Below, in pieces: positions 10,787 to 19,596 of a stretch of 64,000 bases of DNA. The translations under genes and the position numbers were made by a program. The DNA lies in NCBI GenBank assembly GCA_041391425.1, contig JAWKNZ010000006.1, positions 132,045 to 196,044 of the forward strand, read 5' to 3'. Each line of letters begins with the position of its first letter. Positions within the stretch are counted from its first letter, which is position 1. A model generated the notes under the pieces. That model saw only the letters and a list, made by a program, of their open reading frames with translations. It ran no database searches and was not told the DNA's origin. The DNA comes from Bdellovibrionota bacterium (GTDB taxonomy: Bacteria > Bdellovibrionota_B > Oligoflexia > Oligoflexales > JAWKNZ01).

Positions 10787-13730
10787 ATGAAGCACACGAT
10801 TTGGTTACTTTTTTGGGGTGCCTTTCTAATCCAATGCAAAAGCACAAGACCAAGTGGTTCTTCGAGCTCTTCTTCTGGACGTGGTGATACCGAAATCGCA
10901 GAAGTTCAAAAAAACCATAGAAAAGTCTCCCTATTATAAATACATCAGTGGCGCAGAAGATTCTTTAAAAGGAAGTTATAGCCCAGCATTGGCTAATGCA
11001 TCAAAAAACGAAAAAATGCGTGCCCATAAGATTGCTTGGAATTGGTATAAAGAATCTCCCCTCGGTTTTGGAGGCGTCCCTCTCGTTATATTTAAAGCAC
11101 TTCCATTTGTGCCTTTAGAAGGTATACAAAATATTTGGAATCCAAAGGTCAATAGTGCCGGAGTTGCGGCTGAGCTTGGTGTATGGCCTGCTATTAAACC
11201 CAATAAAAATGCAATATTCATGGATGAAAGTACCGTCGATGATGAAGCGATCCTTCCTTTCGGCGTTGTGATTCCTAGACCAGACAGTAATAAAATAGCT
11301 CGGTACACATCTAGAAAGGATAATTTTGATTTCATTAAGGAGCTTGGAGGAAATTTGGATCTAGGTATGGGAAAAATCCAACTCGATGGTGTTTTCTTTT
11401 CTTGTGCCGCCTGCCACACAGGCAGAGTTATTGTTGGAGAAGGCGATCAGAAGAAGGTGCTCTTAATGTATGGAGCTCCTAGCACTGAAATAGATCAGCA
11501 ACTCTATGGCGGAGTTTTACGTCAATCTGCAAGATATTTATTTGAAATATTAAATGTTGAAGCTATAAGAAAGAAAGAAGATCCATGGAATCTTGATATT
11601 AAAGAATCTTTAAAATTGCTTGCAACGGGGGATCCTCTACATGCTATAGCAGAAGCTAAAAATGAAAAAATTCTCGCAAGTAAAGCCTATAATATTTTGA
11701 GGGCGGCAAGAATCCTTCGCTCTACACTAGGACTCACCATTAGAAAACTAACAGATGATAGAGAAAATTTTGGAGTGTTTATCGTTAAAGATAATGGCAA
11801 AAAACAGATAAAAATTGTTTTAGATCCGGCTGAATGGCAATCCATGAAGGCTGACTTTGCTTTCCTGTATAGTCAAAAATTGTTCAATATAGCATATTTT
11901 ACAAACGATATTAGTAAATATGAAGTTGAAAGAAAAATTTCCAAAGCTTCATTCTTCTATGGAAATAAATTTGGAAGCTCTGAATCTACTTACGCAGGAA
12001 ATACGAATACATCAAATTACGAAGAAAGAAAGCTCGAAGAACTTCTTAGCCCTGTCGGTGGAAAAATCGCTACAAATATGAGCAATATTGCAAATAGTCT
12101 GAAACAATATGGAGACAACCTTTCTCGCTTAATGCCAAAGGACAACTACTTAGAGCATCTTTCTAGTTACATCACAGGGATGAAGTTAAAGCGTTCAAAC
12201 GGAAAGGATGCAACAATTGGCGGTATTCCACTAGCCCTCTTAGCTTTAAAGAAAATCGTAGAACCTGGATTAAAAACCGAATACGTATATATCAAAAGCG
12301 TATCTGAGCATGGTGATTACCACTCACCGGAGAAGATTGCCAAAGCAAACAAAGATGAAGATGAGTACCATATAAAAAATATTTTAGTGAACCAAAAAGA
12401 AGCGAAAAAATTAGGAACCTTTGGAAATCGTATTGGACAAATGGATGCCTTTGGAATGTCTTCTGGGTTAGCGGCCTTACATTTAAGACGTCCTGAGTTT
12501 TATGAAACATTAAAACAGAATGATCAAAGAATATCATCGACAGAAAAAGACTTTCCAAATATTGATGCGATCAATAATGGAGTATTTGATGCTATACAAA
12601 CTAATAATCAGATAGACCCTGATACCGGCCATAAGGTTTCACCTTTAGTCGGATCAAGACTAAATAAAAAAGATACAGAAGGTAAAAATGTAATTGTCGA
12701 TAAGAGAGATTTAAGAAACCCAAATGTTTGGAAAAGTTCTTGGTTACCACCTGGAGCCGCAATTGTAGACATTAAATCTATGTATTATTCCTCAAATAAA
12801 AAATATGCTAACTGGGACGGCAATCAAGACCGTGAAGCCCGCGTCCTAGCATCAGGGGTATCCTCTGTTGGTGATCCAGCTATGGTGAATTATGAAGTGA
12901 TCCAACCGATGAACAATTTTATCGATTATTTACCACCAGCTCCGTATCCATTTGAAATTGATTTAAGCAAAGTAGAGGCTGGAAAAAATATTTACCGAGA
13001 TCCGAGATTTAAGTACAAAGGTATTGATGTTTCTTGCCAATCTTGCCATGGCAACAAGTTATCTGAAGAGTTGTCAGGAGAAATATACTCCGACAAAATG
13101 AGCAAAGTAAACACAAGAGGATTATTTTCAACAGAAGAAATCGGGACAGATCCTGGTCGCGCTGTCGTAAACTCGGAGCCAGCGAGAAGAATTTTAGCTG
13201 ACCTAATCCTCGAAGCATGTGGGTTATGGCAATCTGAGTTTCGCCAAAAGACCGGTTTAGAAGATATTTTCAAACCTAGCAAAACATGGTGTCTTCCGCA
13301 TGATAAAGATATTGGTAACACCATTAATGACAAAAGATAAAGAAATAATGCATTATTTAATATTACAAAAAGGATTCAAAGAATTTGGTACACTTAGAGC
13401 CTATAAAGCCGATCCTTTATATGGCATTTGAGCCGCAAACACCGTACTTATAACGCTCTGTACCAGCAAAACATTACTTAATGGTAAAAAAAGACCAGAT
13501 GAGATTTATTAGAGGCAATATCAACTATGACAAAGATGTCGGATTTGTGGCAAATAGAGATGGATTAGATTATCGAGAAAAGTGGGGAGGTAAGGTGACG
13601 ATTATAACATAAGCTTCAGGAAACAGTAATAAAGGGCACAATTTTAATGTTACAGGAGATGATCTTGAAAACTTGCTGCCAGAATATCATTTTGGCTTTC
13701 TAAAATATTTTAGGCACATCCGTAAATAAA
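10787..13730 (+). pseudogene. large dihaem c-type cytochrome lipoprotein (CCP/MauG-like superfamily), multiply disrupted
   Basis: The signal and lipobox MKHTIWLLFWGAFLIQC are in one frame; the body (ORF 10854-13340) is in another, with the likely junction at A7 10908-10914. There are two CxxCH motifs (CAACH, CQSCH). After the stop at 13338 the homology continues in other frames (AYKADPLYGI-TGA-AANTPYL.., SGNSNKGHNF..DLENLL) down to TAA at about 13730. Confidence 0.7.
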
Positions 13731-13780
13731 AGTTCCAAAAGGATCAGACTGTGCACAGCTTACTTTACCTATGAATAAGA

Positions 13781-14340
13781 AACACCATGTTGAGCAGAGA
13801 CATCTTTTTGGGTTCAACCATTCGGCTCAGACGGGAAATTAAAGCACCAAAGAACGTCATGTTGAGCGGAGCGAAACATCTTTTGAGATTCTTCGCCTTC
13901 GGCTCAGACGGGAAATTAAGCACAAAAAGAACGTCATGTTGAGCGGAGCGAAACATCTTTTGAGATTCTTCGCCTTCGGCTCAGACGGGAAATTAAGCAC
14001 AAAAAGAACGTCATGTTGAGCGGAGCGAAACATCTTTTGAGATTCTTCGCCTTCGGCTCAGACGGAAAATTAAGCACAAGAAGAACGTCATGTTGAGCGG
14101 AGCGAAACATCTTTTTTGAGATTCTTCGCCTTCGGCTCAGACGAAATTAAACTTCCAAAAAGACGTCATGTTGGGCGGGCAAGCCTCTTTGAATTCTTCG
14201 CCTTCGGCTCAGACGGGAAATTAAGCACAAAAAGAACGTCGCTGGCCAGGCGGGCGAAACATCTTTGGAGTCTTCGCCTTCGGCTCAGACGGAAAATTAA
14301 GCACAAAGACGTCGCCAATGAGCGGGCGAAACATCTCAAA
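13781..14340. repeat. family-A repeat, compact form, tandem array (about 7.5 copies, period 73-78 bp)
   Basis: The unit is cgtcatgttgagcggagcgaaacatcttttgagattcttcgccttcggctcagacgggaaattaagcacaaaaagaa. Copies start at 13855, 13932, 14009, 14086, 14164, 14237 and 14310, with degenerate copies at both ends. The central three copies are almost identical. Confidence 0.9.
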
Positions 14341-14369
14341 CAATTTGACATGATTAAGAAGCTTGAGAT

Positions 14370-15530
14370 TAGAACCGGCAAATTTGAATCGCCATAACTA
14401 AAAAAACGGTATCTTTCTCATGGCAGTTTGATAATGCTCATAGCGCATCAAAACCAATCAGCCCTGCTATAAGCATAAAGAGTGTTGATTCAGGCTGATG
14501 AAGGTGGTAATCAGCCCACTAAATAAAGAACTTTTATAGCGATCAGAATCATAAACAGGGCGCACAAATAAGTCAGTTTCATACCAGTTACCAGCAAGTT
14601 CCATCAAGTCACAACCATTCTGCTCGGCCTTAGATAGACCGGAAATTCTACCTAACGAAATGAAGTCGTTCCCAACCCGACTATAACCTTGCCTTCACGC
14701 TTTGCAGCGATCAACTTCTCACGGCTTCAACACTTGCAAGCCAAAAATATAGCTCCTTATGCATTTTATGTTTTGAGACATCATCTTCCTTTACCGGAAG
14801 AAAGGTTCCAGCACCAACATGCAATGTTATTGGGACAATTTGAATGTTTCTTTCTTGCAAGCGCTCTAGTAGCTCAGGGTAAAATACAATCCTGCTGTAG
14901 GCGCTGCCACCGAACCCTGTTCATTTGCATAAACGGTCTGGTAAGTGCTTTTATCGGGAGAATTTCGAGCCACTTCGGCTGCCTCTATAGTCTCGGAGAG
15001 CGTGGGTATATAAGCCGTTTTGATCATCCAATCCATTAGAGCAATAGCACTCAAATTAAACTGCATCGTCAATGAAGGTGAGCACTCATCAAAATTTTTA
15101 TCTATCACACTTCCAATAACACCATTTGAAAAATGGAGCTCAGTACCCGGCCTCAGCTTTCGCATTGGCTTTGCTAACGCCTCGACCTGGCATGTTTCGA
15201 CAAGAAAAACGCAGACGGACTGGTGGTACGATTTTTTCATCAACAAGAACTCTCTTTACAGGCTTTTCAGCAAGAAAACCTCGACCTTCCCCCCAGTTTT
15301 CAAACGGCCGATCAATCTACTAGCGAATACCCGGGAATCGTTTACAATCAAGATAGAATGAGATGGTAAATGGTCTGGCATTAGAAAAAAATACATATGC
15401 TGAGAACGACCATCTTGATGTCGAATGAAGATAAACAGGACTGATCTCCTCTTAGCCAATGGTTGCTGAGCGATCAATTCAGACGGTAGGTATAGTCAAA
15501 GTCAGCAGGAAAGAATTCTTGTACCCACTT
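14370..15530 (-). pseudogene. queA: S-adenosylmethionine:tRNA ribosyltransferase-isomerase (QueA), heavily degraded
   Basis: QueA blocks are spread over several frames: [96 protein letters not shown]. An in-frame TAA lies at 15256-15258. The 3' end reads through into the repeat array. Boundaries are approximate. Confidence 0.8.
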
Positions 15531-15723
15531 CTCTTTACTGAAACCTCAAAATATAAGAATTACAAACTTAAGATACTGTCTAAAGCGACTGACTTTCTCT
15601 CCTTCTGAAAAAAACAATACATTATATCTATATTAATTTCCGCTTTTTTCCTTTTTGCCTATCAAAATTCAGACCTAAGATAACAGCTCGTATCAATTTT
15701 CTCACTTCTCTTATCACAACTTT

Positions 15724-17053
15724 ATGTTTTTCCGCAAAATTTACTCAATTTATTCTCATACACTATATGGATTTATTTTTCCTTTTATTTCAAATGGTTG
15801 CCCTATTTCGACTTTGCCAACGAACTCTCTCCCCCCACTCACGGGAAATCCGCTATGGACTACGAAATATTTATACTAGAGGCATCCAAGGCTAATAGCT
15901 GGAAGCGTTTGACGACGCAAATCGATCCCAGTGATGAAGATGGCAGGTTTTATTCTTTTCAATAACGACTGGGAAAAGAAAGAATTTAAAAAAAACAGAC
16001 CGCATCATTTATAAAGCAACGAACTTTGGCAGGCAAATAAGCTTTCACGATAAACTGCCATGTCAAGGCAACTACATATATGAAATAAAAGACAAAACTA
16101 AGCCTAATCGCTATGCCTACCTAACAAATTGTCCTTTAAATTTAGATTTCTCCAAGCTTCCTAAAAAAATCCATGCATCAAATAGCGTCCATTACGATAG
16201 TACTAGCGGAGCCATATATAGCAAGCTTTACCGTTATAGCTTTAACAAAAAAAATCATCTACTTTTTGACCAAATAGATGTCGGTGCAATACCTCATAAT
16301 AGACAGTCAGTAGCCAACACCTCAGATATTACAATCTTTGCCAACGTCAAAAATTTCTTCAATTTAAATTTTGATTCAACAGATATCGAATCTTATTTAG
16401 AAGAGGTTAGGGTGGGTGAACTTAGTGTGACTGCAAAACTCTCTTTTTACCTACGCATATTCTTTATGTTCAAAATCAAACTAGAGCTTAGCACCGATGT
16501 TTCTTTCTACGACGATTCTGCTAATATACCTATGGTTATGCATCTACCCGTCAATCCCCAAAAATATTTAAATCCTGGTAGTGGCATTATTTACAACTGG
16601 GTGTACGATGACAAATCTACTGCCACCCTCGGCGAAAAAATCCCCGTGCTTATAAAAGACTGGGTACAACCCATGCGAAAAGATAAAGAATTTATTAAAA
16701 CTATCGGTAAAAATTCTTGTTCAGGATCTTCTATTTGCCGGTATCGATTTACCATGAACACCCAGAAAAACAGCTTTAGTATGAACTTTAAGATTAATAA
16801 AGACCTTGTAGAAAAAGGTTTTTTCCCTGTCTATATTGCTGACCTTTCTAACTATAACGAAGCCTTAAACTGGAACCTCGACCTCGATGAAAAAAAAATC
16901 CACTCCGGATTCTTTTTTGAAACATCTGGACTCGAGCAAGGAAGTTTCCCGTGGGATTTTTGGCTCAGATTAAACCAATCACAAACACCAAAACATCACT
17001 GTCCATACCCTGTTTCAATTAAAACTTTATCAAAAACTATAAAGTTCAATTAG
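15724..17053 (+). pseudogene. hypothetical (lipo)protein gene disrupted by homopolymer frameshifts
   Basis: ATG 15724 encodes a signal-like MFFRKIYS..FIFPFISNGC. The coding signal continues through three frames (..DEDGRFYSF / NNDWEKKEFKK / DRIIYKATNFG..) with switches at T4 15956-15959 and A8 15988-15995. The last frame runs uninterrupted to 17053; the track only reports 16412-17053. Confidence 0.6.
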
Positions 17054-18096
17054 AAGCCTCATGATAATACTGCAGCATTTTTGAGCGTCTTTCCGTCAAT
17101 TTTCTTTCCGGGGCAGTAAAAGGATGTTGAAGCGACAAGAGTAAACTCGGTAAAAATTGTTTCCAATACTGAGGTGCTTTTTTCGGATCAGTTGTTTCCA
17201 GCTCTAATGTAATCGTTGCTAATCCACGTTCATTACCAGCATAATTTCCCAAAGAGCCAGGATAGAAAGAGTAATCGACAATGCGGTAATTTTTACTAAC
17301 TTCAGACATCTGATTAACCAAACCTTTTGCAAGTTTTTCAGATTTAGAAAAAACCCTTGGCTTCTGATCTCCTGGGCCATCATAATCAAGAAATCCCAAT
17401 GGAGCATGAATCGAAATAACTTTGCCTGGACTATATTGATCGATCAAACCAACTTGAAAAAAAGTCTCAATTTCCGTATTTGGAAAGTACCAGGGAAATA
17501 CCGAGCCTCGCCCAGTCGCTTTTTCTCCAAGTAGAAATTGCCTTGTGGTACCAATCATAAGTTAAAAAATTTCTATTAACATCAACTCCGTTTGCGTTTG
17601 TTCTGCTGGGAAGATTACGAATAAAACCGTCTGGATTTACTAGCGGCGCAATCACAACACGAATATTCTTATCTGTATAAACAGAAGGATTTTCTTGTAA
17701 ATACCTAGCCAACTTAAATGCTAAATGCACTGGAGTCAGTTCGTCGGGATGCACACCACCTAAAAATAACGTTGTATTATCACCTTTACCAAACACTTTA
17801 TAAACCAACGGATGTCCATTATTAGAGGCGAGCTTCGCATCCCAATGAACACCACCACAAGGATCTTCGCTCCACTTATAGTCGCCAAATTTATTCTTTA
17901 ACCTTGTACAATAGACTTCTATAGCTCTATCTTTTTCATTTTGAGCTATTTTATATTGAGAAATATTATTTTTTGACACAAAAGACAGCGGCGCAAAGGC
18001 AAAATTAGCAAAAGTTTCTGAAGCAACTATTTGCGCCTTCGCAATGTCAGATATGCCAAAAACCAAAAGGAACAAAAGCAGCACTCCGGGCATCAA
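17046..18096 (-). pseudogene. M14-family zinc carboxypeptidase (MpaA/murein-peptide amidase-like), two frameshifts
   Basis: Carries a signal peptide, GGVHPDELT (HxxE zinc ligands), NANGVDVNRNF, then ISIHAP..DYDGPG in the second ORF. The expected linking residues (EARYFPGTF) are encoded in the third frame within 17467-17558. Confidence 0.7.
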
Positions 18097-18213
18097 ACCT
18101 ATTTTTTCAAGTTGAGATTTCCAGCTATTTTTGACAAGTTCTAAGCAAAATCTATTAATAGTTAAACCTCTCTTTTAAAGCCTTCATAATATACAATTCA
18201 TAATGAGTATTTA

Positions 18214-19101
18214 TTAAAACCCAGCCGGTTTCTTCTTTAAAATAGCATAATATTCAATTCCATTCCGGTCATGACAAAATCCACAATAAATGGGGTAACA
18301 CAACTCTTCCTTTAAATACCATCTATTTTGGCAATTGGGGCAGGAATAAACATACTCCGCCTCTCGTACAGTTCTTGAATGGATATGCACTTGCGGATCC
18401 ACAGGCAACCCAACCACCGAAAATTCTTCCATTTTTTTATAAAATCGCGCTGTGTGACTTGGGTCAAGGCAACAATCATAGAGCCACATGTGCGTCATTT
18501 CATGAAACAATGTATAGGGGAGTAACCATGGATTTTTACAGAAATAGCTTCGATTTAATCTAATAATGCGATCAAACAAATAGCTTAATCCAAGCTTTTG
18601 CTTCATCCGACTACTAAACTCAATAGAAACATCACATTGCAATGAGCCTTCAGGCTGATTTGTGAAAAAGGGAAGAAAACTATCGAAATAAAAACCTGCA
18701 AGCTCAAACATATCATGGCCAGCTAGTTTAATTTTGGGACTTTGCGTTGTACGAGTTAAAAGAGGATGCTCCCATCTGTATGCTTCAATCTGATTGCTTG
18801 GTATATCATCTGGAAACTGCTTATCGACAAGATTTGGAGCAATTGCAACCTGGCTTGACGCCACCTGACGTCCAAAATCTTCAGAATGCTTAAGAAAAAA
18901 AACATTCTCACCATAGATGTCTCGTTGCGTTGTGCTATCCTGGCTATTTGATAGCGTTTCAACTTCCGTTTCAACAAAGGTATTTAACCAGCTCGTTTGC
19001 AAATTCGGCCTAGGAGCATTAGGTTTCACAATAGATTTAAAGTGTCTAGTACCAGATTTTCTTTTAGTTCCAATCATTGTGCTAAAACTCTCCCTCAGCA
19101 A
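18214..19101 (-). CDS. SprT-like zinc metalloprotease domain protein with a C-terminal zinc ribbon
   Basis: HEMTH motif (LFHEMTHMWLYD) followed by CPNC...CGFC. Confidence 0.6.
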   Translation of the reverse strand: MLRESFSTMIGTKRKSGTRHFKSIVKPNAPRPNLQTSWLNTFVETEVETLSNSQDSTTQRDIYGENVFFLKHSEDFGRQVASSQVAIAPNLVDKQFPDDIPSNQIEAYRWEHPLLTRTTQSPKIKLAGHDMFELAGFYFDSFLPFFTNQPEGSLQCDVSIEFSSRMKQKLGLSYLFDRIIRLNRSYFCKNPWLLPYTLFHEMTHMWLYDCCLDPSHTARFYKKMEEFSVVGLPVDPQVHIHSRTVREAEYVYSCPNCQNRWYLKEELCYPIYCGFCHDRNGIEYYAILKKKPAGF

Positions 19102-19168
19102 AAAAACACTAATACATAGCCACTACTATCTAAACCTAGCGATTTACAGATCATTACATTTACTCATA

Positions 19169-19405
19169 CGTCATTCTGAGCCAAAGGCGAAGAATCTTAA
19201 AGCTGCACACACATCCTTAATAAATTCGAGATATGTCGCTCATCCTTAATAAATTCGAGATATGTCGCTCATCCTTAATAAGAGATGTTTCCCTTCACTC
19301 AACATGACGAGCAAGATCACCCGTCATTCTGAGCCAAAGGCGAAGAATCTCAAAGCCGAACACACTCTTAATAAATGCGAGATGTTTTGTTTGGCTCAAC
19401 ATTGC
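19169..19405. repeat. family-A repeats, two long-form copies, the first with an internal 29-bp duplication
   Basis: The pattern is cgtcattctgagccaaaggcgaagaatct...gagatgtttcccttcactcaacatgacg, then a second copy from 19322. The spacer segment catccttaataaattcgagatatgtcgct recurs at 19212, 19241 and (partially) 19270. Confidence 0.85.
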
Positions 19406-19596
19406 ACTCCTGCATACTTGAGTAAGAGTTAGTTACAAATCTAGTACAGCATATATTAAAAATACTTGGAAACAGCTCCATCAGTGCCAAAGCAAAGTGA
19501 TCGTTTCAGGGCCTAGACAAATTTTGTGGATATACTTATTTTACCGTGAGTACACTCAAATCGGAAATTTTTCAGCTAAATGCTCTCTAGCCTATT

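Noticed and set aside
10646-10939. A 97-aa stand-alone ORF upstream of the cytochrome gene.
   Set aside because: Its only meaningful part is the lipoprotein signal MKHTIWLLFWGAFLIQC. That belongs to the out-of-frame N-terminus of the dihaem cytochrome pseudogene.
13429-13431. TGA read as tryptophan (alternative genetic code).
   Set aside because: TGA functions as a normal stop for several well-supported genes here, for example scpB at 24443-24445 and the corrected rny at 39696-39698. The codon is better explained as a nonsense mutation in a gene with other lesions.
13781-14340. The tandem array could be a CRISPR locus.
   Set aside because: The units are contiguous, with a constant 21-nt linker instead of unique spacers. 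The same arms occur dispersed elsewhere, and no cas genes are present.
2855-14340. An integrated mobile element or genomic island delimited by repeats with an Xis-like gene.
   Set aside because: No integrase, transposase, tRNA target or matching direct repeats are present. The flanking repeats belong to different families. I kept it only as an accessory block.
13765-14397. ORFs 13765-13956(-), 14116-14397(+) and 14166-14381(-) as protein genes.
   Set aside because: They lie entirely inside the repeat array and translate the repeat unit periodically (..SEPKAKN.., ..FAFGSD..). They are artefacts of repeat sequence, or of queA read-through.
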